Part shown: piece after piece, positions 20,103-30,500 of the stretch
How positions within the stretch are numbered: position 1 is the stretch's first letter
Layout: the number at the start of each line of letters is the position of its first letter
NCBI GenBank assembly: GCA_964420045.1
Contig: CAYQPQ010000001.1
Span: forward strand, 21,444 to 85,443
Length of the DNA: 64,000 nt
Direction: 5' to 3'
From: an uncultured Bdellovibrionales bacterium
GTDB taxonomy: Bacteria > Patescibacteriota > Minisyncoccia > Moranbacterales > UBA1568
Made by a program: the position numbers and the translations under genes
Notes under the pieces: model-generated
Seen by the model: the letters and a program-made list of their open reading frames with translations, nothing else
Database searches by the model: none
Told to the model about the DNA's origin: nothing

Positions 20103-21920
20103 TTACATCCCCGCCCCTTGAACTTGCCAATAGAAGTTACTGCAACTCGTATCCCGACACCCACACTTCCAACTTCCGTTCTGTGAACGACAGGTAAAAC
20201 CAACGAGATAAGAAGGATCAGCAACACTCGCCGTAGAGATATCCGTATCGGTGATGGAGGTTGCAACCGATCCTTGGCACCATTCTCCGTTTAAGGCTCC
20301 GGTACAGGTACCGGTGAAGGATGTCCAGTCATTGATACCGGGATCATAGTAGTAGCCTTTGGTGTAGACGATTCTGGTGGTGTCTCCGGGAATACCGAGG
20401 GTGGCTGTGAGGGTATGGGTGTCCGTGCTTGAACACTGGGTGGAGATGAGAGGGGTATTACTCGCAAATACGTCATAGGGAGCACCGTAGCCGGTAAAGG
20501 TAGGGTCGGTGAAGTTTGTGGGGGTGACGGTGGAGCAGGAGGAGAAGGTGGGAGATCCTTGGGTGGTGGCACCGACCACATTGGACCAACCGGAAACGTT
20601 TCCGGCGGCATCGACGGCACGGACATGATAGGAGTAGCTAGTAGAGGCGGCAAGACCCGAGTCAATGAAGGGAGAAGCAGTGGGAGTGCCTACTTGAGTG
20701 AAGTTCGAGCAGGAGAGGCCGGTACAACGTTCCACTTGGTAGCCCGTGACACCGACATCATCAGTGGCGGGATTCCAAGAGACAGTGATGCTTGATTGGG
20801 AGGGAGAGGTGGCGGAGAGAGAGGTGGGGGAGGTTGGTGGGGAGGTGTCTACCTCGCCAGAGCTGTTGCTAATAGTAATGGGAAATCCACTTGAATTTGC
20901 AGTGCCAGATGAATCAACAACGTAGAGGTAGACAATTTGGCCAGAGGTGAATGAGCCCTGATTGATTAAAATGCTCACGAAACTATTGCTCCAATCAGTC
21001 GGGATTTGGATTTCGCAATTGGCACGACTACCCCAAGAAGAAGCGCTGCAAATTTCTGCTCTAGCAAGAGTGTTGTCGATATAGATGTCGTCAATCCAAG
21101 TGTAAACATTATTTCCATCGTGATTCGCATTAAGAGGAGACATCCACGTATCCCATTTACAAGCAGTGCACGCGCTTGTACAAGTGGCTGTAAATAAATC
21201 TGTTTGCTTGGCATAGTCTTCCCAGAGAACAATCCGCCCTACTGAAGGATTTGTACTCGCCACCAAATAAGTCTCCATTCGGTGCCATTGGTCAGCATCT
21301 GGAAGAATCATACTTCCAGCATACTCATGAAAAGCAGAACAGTCGTTGTAGTATGACCCCGCCGTAGTGCCATAACCAAAATTAGGAGGCGAATCATACG
21401 GAGGATTGTTCGTTGTACCACTTGTGGTCCGATCTATCTTCCATACACCTCCGCTATATCCTGATCGTCTGAATCGGTACGATACATACCGAACTGCGGT
21501 ACTTTGTCCGTCTATATAAATATCTTGTTCTGCATCTCCACTCGGATCAGATTGATACCCGCTGAATGTACCATTGTAGGCTTGCGCGCTGCTATATGAG
21601 AGAGCAGATCCTAGTCCATTATCTGCAAAATCATAATATTTCCATCGACTAGTCCCAATTCTAGGAACACGATTTAACATGGAATCGCCAGCGTGAGCGG
21701 CAGTATTTTCAAAATCATCGTACAACCAGGGTTGGGCCGGAGACTTAGATCCAAATCCGCTTCCATTAATACTGAGTGGATTTCCAGCCGAAACAGTCCC
21801 AGAAACAGAAGAAACAACTGGCGCTGCAAGAGATCTCTTGTTTCCCAAAAATATTGCAGTAACAACGATTATAAATAAAAAAACAGGGTTTATATATTTT
21901 TTTGATTTATGGATTTTCAT
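20103..21920 (-). CDS. Secreted large protein with a C-terminal fibronectin type III domain and a Cys-rich tail.
   Basis: Signal/TM (INPVFLFIIVVTAIFLG). S/T-rich. FN3-like ...VTGYQVERCTG...SYSYHVRAVDAAGNVSGWS. The Cys-rich end is CRSQNGSWKCGCRDTSCSNF. Confidence 0.55.
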   Translation of the reverse strand: MKIHKSKKYINPVFLFIIVVTAIFLGNKRSLAAPVVSSVSGTVSAGNPLSINGSGFGSKSPAQPWLYDDFENTAAHAGDSMLNRVPRIGTSRWKYYDFADNGLGSALSYSSAQAYNGTFSGYQSDPSGDAEQDIYIDGQSTAVRYVSYRFRRSGYSGGVWKIDRTTSGTTNNPPYDSPPNFGYGTTAGSYYNDCSAFHEYAGSMILPDADQWHRMETYLVASTNPSVGRIVLWEDYAKQTDLFTATCTSACTACKWDTWMSPLNANHDGNNVYTWIDDIYIDNTLARAEICSASSWGSRANCEIQIPTDWSNSFVSILINQGSFTSGQIVYLYVVDSSGTANSSGFPITISNSSGEVDTSPPTSPTSLSATSPSQSSITVSWNPATDDVGVTGYQVERCTGLSCSNFTQVGTPTASPFIDSGLAASTSYSYHVRAVDAAGNVSGWSNVVGATTQGSPTFSSCSTVTPTNFTDPTFTGYGAPYDVFASNTPLISTQCSSTDTHTLTATLGIPGDTTRIVYTKGYYYDPGINDWTSFTGTCTGALNGEWCQGSVATSITDTDISTASVADPSYLVGFTCRSQNGSWKCGCRDTSCSNFYWQVQGAGM

Positions 21921-21942
21921 AGAAATAGAACTCTTTTGTATA

Positions 21943-23976
21943 TTATTTCCCTGTATTGTATAAGTTCATCACTTCTGTTGCAGAGAGTGCTCGGTTGTAG
22001 ATACGGACATCGTCGATAGATCCTGCAAAATAGTATCCTGAAGGGCTATCATGACCAATTTGTAAGCCTTCGGACGACTCGTGAATATTAGCTGATGCAG
22101 CATAGGGAAAATCAGCTGTGGTATCCTCAACTCCATCTATGTATACCCGAAGGAAACTTCCATCATAAAGAGCAACCACATGGCACCACCTATCAATAGG
22201 GAAAGAATTACTCGATGTCACTCCTCCGTAAGACCAATCGCTCCCTGTACCAGAAAATCTAAAGAAGATATTCCCATCCACTCTGTCACCAGTCAGAATC
22301 CATCCATAGTCTGGGGAGATGCCGTGCTTTGTAACAAGACGCCCTCCATTATCCGTCGAATTCATTTTCGCCCAAACAGATATGGTCATAGCGTTTGTTA
22401 TATTGAGACTATTTGATCCCATGTCCACATAATCACTCGTCCCATTGAAACTGAGCGCCTGCCCCAACTTCCCAATCGTTTTCGTCGTCCCTGTTATCGT
22501 CCCGTTATTCCCCTTGCCACTCCGGTCTATCGCGGTTGTGCCCTGAATATCCGGCCCGTCGAATGTCCAGTGCCCCACAAGACTCGTATCAACTGGCTGT
22601 GTGGGACTGGTGGTGTTGTATATCTTTTTCACTTGGTCGGCGCTGAGGGCGTAGCCGTAGATACGGATGTCATCAAGTTTGCCGTCAAAGGGGTTTCCCG
22701 CATCTGTTTCGGCGCCGATGTAGAAAGCATTCGTATTGGCAAGATTGCCCATACTCGCAAAAGCCGTGCCACTTCCCGATCCGTCGGGTTTGCCATCGAT
22801 GTAGAGAATGGCGTCAGGAGCACTTTCGTTCCAAGAAAGAGCGAAGTGATGCCAGCCGGTTGCGGTAAAGGTACTGGTTGAGGTAAAGGTTCGCGCATCG
22901 GTTGTTCCGTTTTCATCGAAGCGAATGATGAGCTGGTCGGTGGCGTCGTCGATATACGCGATGTATCCGTCGCTTTCAGTGGATTGTCCGCTCTTGGTGG
23001 AGAGGATGGTGTGATCGTTTGCGAAGGTGTCTCGGTTGAACCAGCCGGTGATAGTGAAGCTTGCTCCCTCGGCGAAGTCGAGAGCGCTGGAGGGAGAGGC
23101 GATGGAGAGGTATTGCCCCGAACCGGAGAAATCAAGGGCGTAGGGACCGATGTTGCCGGTTGTCCAGCTCGGAGAGCCGGTCATGGAGAGGGTGTTGCTG
23201 TTGCCGGAGGAGTCGGTAGCTGAGGTGCCGGAGCCATCGTCGAGTTTCCAGTAGCCGCGGAGGGATTGGGAGAGAGTGTCTTCTGGGGGCGCATTCACCT
23301 CCGCGCTCCCGACAGTGTAGAGCTGGTAGACAGCACTCGCAGAAAGTTCGGATGAGTACATACGAACATCATCAAGTCGTCCATCAAAGTATCCCGTGCT
23401 GATTCTCCCAATATCAACCGCACTCGCGTTTATGCCTGTACCTGTCGTGATAGCAACAAAATGCCATCCAGTCGTGTCAATCGTTGGTGTCGAACTTGCA
23501 ATACCGTCTATATATATCGTCGGCGATGTAAAATTGTTCCCGCGTACCGTCCCCGAACTCACATCGATCGTCGCGGTAGCGTTGAGATCAATAATATTCT
23601 TTGTCGTATTATCCGCCCATATCCAGAATGCAACAGTCTTTACTCCGTTATAGACCGCTCCCACGCTCACATACTGATTCGTCCCGGGAAAATCGAGTGC
23701 TTGTCCCCATTTCCCCGTTGTTTTCGTCGGAGCGTTTGTGAGCGTGCCGCTATGGCTATTGCCGGACTTGTCCGTAATAACCGTCGAGCTCGAATAATCC
23801 GCACCATCAAAAGTCCAATATCCCACGAGACCGCTCGCAGACATTTCCGATGGAATCGGGGTCTTGTTCGTGGTAATACCGGCGCTGGCGCGATACCAAA
23901 GATAGCTCCCCGTTCCAAGAAGAAGGAGGAGCGCAATACCTGCCCACTGAAATAATACTCGGGCATTCTTTACCAT
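21943..23976 (-). CDS. Secreted protein with repeated concanavalin A-like lectin / LamG (Laminin_G_3) domains.
   Basis: N-terminal TM. At least 3 repeats end in FDG(R/K)LDD(V/I)R(M/I)Y...ALSA..V..(L/I)Y, the LamG_3 signature. Confidence 0.6.
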   Translation of the reverse strand: MVKNARVLFQWAGIALLLLLGTGSYLWYRASAGITTNKTPIPSEMSASGLVGYWTFDGADYSSSTVITDKSGNSHSGTLTNAPTKTTGKWGQALDFPGTNQYVSVGAVYNGVKTVAFWIWADNTTKNIIDLNATATIDVSSGTVRGNNFTSPTIYIDGIASSTPTIDTTGWHFVAITTGTGINASAVDIGRISTGYFDGRLDDVRMYSSELSASAVYQLYTVGSAEVNAPPEDTLSQSLRGYWKLDDGSGTSATDSSGNSNTLSMTGSPSWTTGNIGPYALDFSGSGQYLSIASPSSALDFAEGASFTITGWFNRDTFANDHTILSTKSGQSTESDGYIAYIDDATDQLIIRFDENGTTDARTFTSTSTFTATGWHHFALSWNESAPDAILYIDGKPDGSGSGTAFASMGNLANTNAFYIGAETDAGNPFDGKLDDIRIYGYALSADQVKKIYNTTSPTQPVDTSLVGHWTFDGPDIQGTTAIDRSGKGNNGTITGTTKTIGKLGQALSFNGTSDYVDMGSNSLNITNAMTISVWAKMNSTDNGGRLVTKHGISPDYGWILTGDRVDGNIFFRFSGTGSDWSYGGVTSSNSFPIDRWCHVVALYDGSFLRVYIDGVEDTTADFPYAASANIHESSEGLQIGHDSPSGYYFAGSIDDVRIYNRALSATEVMNLYNTGK

Positions 23977-24159
23977 GAGAATATTGTATAATAAGCAACG
24001 AACAACTGACAACAAGACCAGTAATGGGTAGAGGTGGCTAGCTAGGCATTCTATCTTCCACTTTCCATATCATTAACGATTGAGATTCCTCCGCTCCGGT
24101 CGGAATGACAGGAGACATTCGTCTGTATTCTCGCTCCTCTCTTCCATATTCTGTCCCTC

Positions 24160-24600
24160 CTATTCCCGACTCACCACGCCAAGAGCGTTCATGGTGACTC
24201 TGCGAGAAATACTCCCTGATGAAGCAGCGAGAGTAACGGTGAGCGGAGCTGTTGGCATTCCGGAAACGCGGGCAAATACCGTTTCATTCAAGCCGCTTAT
24301 TGACACCGATGAAGGCAGAGCGACTTGCCGATCAAGTGCTGTATTCCGAGTAGCGAATGAATTACCCTGAAACAAAACGACCGCATTGCCATTGAGAGCT
24401 ACTCCCCATGGGAGACTTCCCTTCCCGGCAAGTGAATACCCTTGCGCGTTCCGAAGCGATCCCGCCACACGGTCCGCCGCCTCGGCAACCGCGTCCTGCA
24501 AAAAAAATCGACCGTAGAAAGCCGGCGCAAAACCGGCAATAACAAAGAAGATCGCCACAACGAGGAGGAGTTCGATGACCGTAAATCCGCGAGAAGCCAT
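24160..24600 (-). CDS. Type IV pilin-like (pseudopilin) protein with a prepilin N-terminal cleavage/methylation domain.
   Basis: N-terminus MASRGFTVIELLLVVAIFFVIAGFA, the class III signal G-F-T-x-I-E. Confidence 0.6.
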   Translation of the reverse strand: MASRGFTVIELLLVVAIFFVIAGFAPAFYGRFFLQDAVAEAADRVAGSLRNAQGYSLAGKGSLPWGVALNGNAVVLFQGNSFATRNTALDRQVALPSSVSISGLNETVFARVSGMPTAPLTVTLAASSGSISRRVTMNALGVVSRE

Positions 24601-24624
24601 GAGAAGTCAAGAAAAAATGTCTGG

Positions 24625-24785
24625 GAGCTTGTCTTAAAAGTCCGTATTCTGCTGCAATTTCAAAATTTTGGCTGCAAAACATTCAGATTTCGTCGCGTTA
24701 CCTTCCAGGTAGCACTCCTCAATCTTCATGTTTTTCGCTCAAAATTTTGAAATTTCGCGACGAAAGAGACTTTTAAAACAAGCTC
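24625..24785. repeat. Family-1 161-bp MITE-like repeat with 18-bp terminal inverted repeats, copy A.
   Basis: TIR GAGCTTGTCTTAAAAGTC ... GACTTTTAAAACAAGCTC. It matches 48831-48991 with one mismatch and has internal palindromes (ATTTCGTCGCG/CGCGACGAAAT, CAAAATTTTG). It sits 25 bp upstream of the pilin-like gene start. Confidence 0.7.
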
Positions 24786-24805
24786 TGAGAGATGAAAGTT
24801 CCGCA

Positions 24806-27388
24806 TTAAATTTGCCACTTGTCTTCTTGGGTATCGCCCATTGACATTTCCTCGCTCTCCGCATTGGATACGTGGTCATCATGATCAACAGAAACATGAG
24901 CTGGCGAGTCGCCGGGAGCCGAACTACCTCCTAAAGCAAGAATATCTCGAGGCTTGGATCCGTCTTTGGGACCGATGACGCCGTTCTTCTCGAGACAATC
25001 AATAATCTTCGCGGCACGGGAGTATCCGAGACCCATGCGCCGCTGAAGAAACGAGGTAGATGCCTGGCGAAACTCAAGAACCACCTGCCGAGCTTCTTCA
25101 TAGCGAGGATCCTGATCCTCTTCCAAGTGTTCCTCATCGTCAAGTGAAAAGACAATGCCGTCAGAGAGCTTTTCCGGGTGCGCAAACGAGTCCGTATCGG
25201 GACCGACCGGAGCCGCTTCAAGGTCGCCATTTGCCCGAGGAAGCGAGGGGAGAGCGAATTCTCGCTCTCGTATCGGAGAATTCACGGTTACCTCTCCATC
25301 AATCGATTCCTCAAAACCGGCTGCTAACTTCTGCTCGCGAATAAACTCCACCACATTGCGCACCTCGTCTTCGGAGACAAACGGTCCCTGAATTCGTCTC
25401 GGCTGAGGATATCCGGCAGTCGTAAAGAGCATATCGCCCTGCCCGATGAGCTTCTCGGCACCCCCTTGATCGAGAATGGTGCGAGAATCAATCTGCGTCG
25501 CCACTTGAAACGCGATGCGCGTCACAATGTTTGCCTTGATAAGTCCGGTAATCACCTCGACGCTTGGCCGCTGTGTCGCCAAAACCAAATGAATGCCCAC
25601 GGCACGCGCCATCTGTGCCAAACGCACAATGACGCCTTCCACTTCCCTTCCGTGAGACATCATGAGATCCGCCATCTCATCAATGACAATGACAATGTAG
25701 GGAAGCTTGGGCAGATCCTCCTCACGATGACCGCCGCCGGGCAATGGCACGGTTCGCTTTTCCCCGCGAGCGCACCGAACATGATAGGACTCAATATCTC
25801 GCGACCCCACCTGCTCCAAGAGTTTGTACCGACGATCCATCTCGCCCACCATTGATCGAAGCGCATTCACCACCTTCTTCGGTTCAACGATTACATCGGT
25901 AATGAGATGTGGTATGCCATTGTAGAGCGAGAGCTCCACGCGCTTCGGATCAATAAGGATAAGACGGAGATCATCCGGCGCATTCTGATAGAGCAAGGAC
26001 AAGAGAAGTGCGTTTACAAAAACGCTCTTCCCGCTTCGTGTTGTCCCGGCAACCAGCAAGTGTGGCATCTTCCCGATATCCGCAACCGCATAGTCGCCAT
26101 GCACATCCTTCCCCAGAGCAACCGTAAGTGGAGAGTTTCGCTTGAGAAACGCTTGGCTTTCCAAGATATTTCGAAGCCGAACAATAGCCTGCACCTGATT
26201 GGGCACCTCAATGCCGATGAGCGACTTCCCCGGAATCGGCGCCTGTATGCGAATGGAAGGTGCCGCCATAGCAAGTGCGAGATTGTCCGAAAGCGTCGTA
26301 ATACGCGAGAGCTTCACGCCACCCGCGGGACTAAACATATACTGCGTCACTGTTGGCCCAACCATGGTTGCGTGGTGCACCACCGGAATACCGAAATTCT
26401 CAAGTGTCTGACGAATGATCTCCGCGCGAGCCTCCGTATCTCCCCCAAATCCCTCCTCGCTCGACGTATCCAGAAGATCCGGCGTCGGCAATTGCCAGAA
26501 TGTTCGTTTCCTCGAGGATCGACGCGGCGCCACCACAAAGGGCTTTCGCTCGCCGGAAAGAAAGTATGCTGGAACCGATGCGAGTTCCGAGTGTTTTTTC
26601 ATATCAGACGTCTTTCCTGTCGCAGACTCTTCATCGTTATCTTGCGGGAAGTGAATATGCTTGATATTCTCCTGTTCCAGTTTCTCTTGCTCGGTAACCA
26701 CCGGGTCAACCGCAAGCACATCCATTCCACTTCCGGCACTTGGCGATGCCGGCTCGTCAGTATGAGAAGTTTCTTCCCCTTCACCCCCCGCATCCTTTTC
26801 GGCAGAAGACGATTGATCCAAATCTCGCCGCTTTGTCCACTCGCTGAGCGAATCCGAAAACTGAAGCAATGAAAAATTAAATGCCGCGAGAACCCCGATA
26901 AGAAAAAGTGCGACAAACAAAATCGTACCGCCTATTGTCCCGGCAAGTTTCCCAAAAAGTATCGCGAGTCCGAATCCGATATACCCCCCGCCCTGACCAT
27001 TCATGGCGAGTTGTTCCAAATTACCGCTCTGGAAGGAGTGTAGAAGTCCCAAGAAACTCAAGAAGGCAACGGAAAGCCCTCCAAGCTTCACCACATCCGA
27101 CCACGAACTCGTCCGACGACGAAAGAGAAAAATACCAGCAAGGAAGAGCAAAAAAGGAAATATCCACTTTCCCCAGCCCAAGCCGAGTCCCGCCATTCGG
27201 TCAAAAAACGTCCCGAGCATTCCTGCGCTTTTGAAAAACCCAAGCGCAAAAAGAATGCCAAGCGTAAAAAGAAAGACTGCGGCAATGCTTCGTTTCACGT
27301 CATGATGAAGAATATCCGAAGACTCTTTGACCTCCGCCTCCTCATCAATATCTTGATCGATTTCTTTTGTTTTCTTTTTTCTTCCCAT
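24806..27388 (-). CDS. ftsK: DNA translocase FtsK/SpoIIIE.
   Basis: N-terminal TM helices, a linker, the motor domain with Walker A (GTTRSGKS), and a C-terminal gamma (winged-helix) domain. Confidence 0.9.
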   Translation of the reverse strand: MGRKKKTKEIDQDIDEEAEVKESSDILHHDVKRSIAAVFLFTLGILFALGFFKSAGMLGTFFDRMAGLGLGWGKWIFPFLLFLAGIFLFRRRTSSWSDVVKLGGLSVAFLSFLGLLHSFQSGNLEQLAMNGQGGGYIGFGLAILFGKLAGTIGGTILFVALFLIGVLAAFNFSLLQFSDSLSEWTKRRDLDQSSSAEKDAGGEGEETSHTDEPASPSAGSGMDVLAVDPVVTEQEKLEQENIKHIHFPQDNDEESATGKTSDMKKHSELASVPAYFLSGERKPFVVAPRRSSRKRTFWQLPTPDLLDTSSEEGFGGDTEARAEIIRQTLENFGIPVVHHATMVGPTVTQYMFSPAGGVKLSRITTLSDNLALAMAAPSIRIQAPIPGKSLIGIEVPNQVQAIVRLRNILESQAFLKRNSPLTVALGKDVHGDYAVADIGKMPHLLVAGTTRSGKSVFVNALLLSLLYQNAPDDLRLILIDPKRVELSLYNGIPHLITDVIVEPKKVVNALRSMVGEMDRRYKLLEQVGSRDIESYHVRCARGEKRTVPLPGGGHREEDLPKLPYIVIVIDEMADLMMSHGREVEGVIVRLAQMARAVGIHLVLATQRPSVEVITGLIKANIVTRIAFQVATQIDSRTILDQGGAEKLIGQGDMLFTTAGYPQPRRIQGPFVSEDEVRNVVEFIREQKLAAGFEESIDGEVTVNSPIREREFALPSLPRANGDLEAAPVGPDTDSFAHPEKLSDGIVFSLDDEEHLEEDQDPRYEEARQVVLEFRQASTSFLQRRMGLGYSRAAKIIDCLEKNGVIGPKDGSKPRDILALGGSSAPGDSPAHVSVDHDDHVSNAESEEMSMGDTQEDKWQI

Positions 27389-27472
27389 AATGGAGACATT
27401 ATACCAAATCCCGCACAGAAAAGGAAAATTTCCGTCCATTACCTCACGCAAGTCCTTCGTTTTCTTTTCCAC

Positions 27473-27507
27473 AAAAAAAACAGCCCCAAATTATAGGGGC
27501 TGTTTTT
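27473..27507 (-). terminator. Rho-independent terminator downstream of rpoC.
   Basis: AAAAAAAACAGCCCC-AAATTATA-GGGGCTGTTTTT. It is a perfect 7-bp GC stem with flanking A/T runs. Confidence 0.65.
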
Positions 27508-27542
27508 CCGGTTTCACTTCGTTCACTCTTCTCCGAGAACCA

Positions 27543-30500
27543 CTATGCTTCCGAAGAGGCAGGAACGGAAGCAGTTGCCGATCGGCGTTCCAAGAATCCG
27601 GTTCCGGCCGGAATCAGTCGACCGATAATCACGTTCTCCTTGAGTCCGCGAAGCTTATCGGCACGACCGGTCACTGCTGCATTGATCAACACGCGAGCAG
27701 TCTCCTGGAACGACGCCGAAGAAAGGAATGATTCCGTTGAAAGCGCCACTTTGGTGATACCGAGGAGCAATTGTTCGCCGACAGCCGGCTTCCCACCAAG
27801 CGCAATCGCCTCCTCATTCGCTTCTTCAAATTGATCCTTCTCAACAATATCTCCCGGGAGAATATCCGCATCGCCGGAATCCAAGATGCGAATACGCGAG
27901 AGCATTTGCCGAATAATCACTTCGATATGCTTATCGTTAATGCCCTCGCCTTGCGAGGCGTAAATCTCCTGAATCTCGCGAAGAATATAGCGATGGAGCG
28001 ACTCTCGTCCCATAACTTCGAAGAGTTTTCTGAGATCGAGACTTCCCTCGATCAACGCCTGTCCCTTCGCAATGAGGTCTCCTTTTTCGACGCGAATACC
28101 GCTGCCGTTTGGCACGAGGTATTCTTTCATCTCGCCATCCGCGGTTTCAACCTTTATGGAAATCGTCTTGGAGCTTTCGCTTAAGATAGATATAACTTTT
28201 CCGTCTACTTCCGATATAACCGCCTCGCCCTTCGGTTGACGGGCTTCGAAAATTTCCTGAACTCGCGGAAGTCCTTGGGTAATATCCGATCCGGCAACAC
28301 CTCCGATGTGGAAGGTTCGCATAGTGAGCTGTGTTCCCGGCTCACCAATTGCCTGCGCTGCCACAATACCGACCGCCTGCCCTTCCTGCACCAAAGACGC
28401 TCGTCCCAAATCGACGCCATAGCATCGCTGACACACGCCTCGGCGAGTCCGGCACGTAACAACACTGCGAATATGCACTTTCGGTATATCGCGGCGCTCG
28501 ATTTCCTGCGCCTGCATTTTGGTAATAAGTTCACCCTTTTTCACTAAGATCTTACCGGCCTCGGTCTTGATTTGCTCGAGAGAAACGCGACCTTCGACAC
28601 GAGAAGCGAAAGAAACACCGACACCGTCACTGTCTTCGCGATACAACGTCGCTCCCTCAGTGTCACCGCAGTCGGCCTCGCGAACAATAACGTCTTGCGA
28701 CACATCGACAAGTCGCCGAGTCAAATACCCGGCCGTCGCCGTTCGAAGTGCGATATCCGCCATACCTTTTCTTGCGCCGTGCGTCGAGATAAAGTATTCC
28801 AACACATTGAAGCCTTCTTTGAAAGAGCTTTTCACGGGGAGTTCAAGCGTCTCTCCGGTTGGTCCCGCCATGAGTCCCTTCATACCCGTCATCTGCACCA
28901 CGACGGATTCCGTACCGCGCGCCTTCGAGTAAATCATCGAGTAGACCGGGCCATCCTTGTCAATCGACTCTCGAACCAATTCGGTAATCGTATTCTTCGT
29001 CGCGTTCCAAATTTCAATCACCCGATTCCGACGCTCTTCATTGGTGAGAAGTCCCATCTGATATTGTTCTTTCACCTCAGCAATCTGTCGCTCCGCCGAT
29101 TCGATGGTTGCCTTCTTAGCGGGCGGCACAACAAGATCGTCCATGCCCCAGCTGATACCGGAGTGAGACACGGCACGGAAACCCAGATCTTTCACACGAT
29201 CCGCAAAGAGCGCCGCCTGCTCACTCCCCTCGGTTGCCAGTATCTGCGCCACCAGCCCCTTGAGATCTTTCTTGGTCATCTCTGCATTCACAAATCGGAG
29301 CGATTCCGGCAGAATATCGTTCAAGAGAATACGCCCGATCGACGTATCGATAACCTCATCATTAAAGAGAAGCTTCACACTCGCATTCGCGTCTGCCAAA
29401 CCTGCATCATAGAGGTATACGCCTTCTTTCATGGAGCTCAGTATTTTCCCTTCGCCCTTCGCGCCCTTCTTGATATGCGTCAAATAGTAAATTCCGAGCA
29501 CCATATCGAGCGATGGCGTCACAACCGGCTCGCCGGACGCCGGCTTTAAGAGATTCTTGGATGACAGCATGAGATTGGCACTCTCCGCACGCGCTTCGTC
29601 GGTCAAGGGGACATGCACCGCCATCTGATCACCGTCGAAGTCAGCATTAAATGCCGAACACACCAACGGATGGAGACGAATCGCCTTCCCTTCGATCAAA
29701 ACCGGCTGAAAAGCCTGAATGGACAGACGATGGAGCGTTGGAGCGCGATTCAAGAGCACATAGTGATGCTCGATAATTTCATCCAGAATTTCATACGCTT
29801 CTTCCGTTTCCGCATCCACCATACGTCCAGCCGTACGCACATTGTGCGCGTACTCCTTCTCGATCATCTTGTGAATGATGAACGGCTTGAAGAGTTCGAG
29901 CGCCATCTTTTTCGGCAACCCAGCCTGATGCAATTTGAGCTGCGGACCCACAACGATAACCGATCGACCGGAGTAGTCGACACGCTTTCCCAAGAGATTC
30001 TGTCGAAATCGCCCCTGCTTTCCCTTCAGCGCATCCGCGAGCGAGCGAAGTGGTCGCCGTTGCCCTGTTGAAGCCGCCGTCGACGCTTGTCCGCGCCGCG
30101 CGCTGTTGTCGAAGAGCGCATCGACCGCTTCCTGGAGCATTCGCTTTTCATTGCGCGTAATCACTTCCGGCGCATTAATCGAGAGAAGTCTCCGGAGACG
30201 GTTGTTGCGATTAATAATGCGACGATAGAGATCGTTCAAATCGGATGTAGCAAACCGTCCGCCGTCGAGCGCAACCATCGGACGAAGATCCGGCGGAATA
30301 ACCGGGATCATCGTCGGCAGCATCCACTCGAGCTTAAGTCCGGATTTCTTAAATCCCTGAAAGAGCTTGAGACGTTGGAGCGTTTTCTTCTCATCGTTCA
30401 TGCCGTTCGCCTCGAGATCTTCGTTCAAACGTTCGATGGTCTGATCGATATCGAGATTCTCCAGCACTTTTCGAATCGCCTCGGCGCCGATGCCTGCCGT

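Noticed and set aside
25907-26872. 321-aa plus-strand ORF.
   Set aside because: It is antisense to ftsK.
28572-29549. 325-aa plus-strand ORF and neighbouring plus-strand ORFs inside 27543-31163.
   Set aside because: They are antisense to rpoC.
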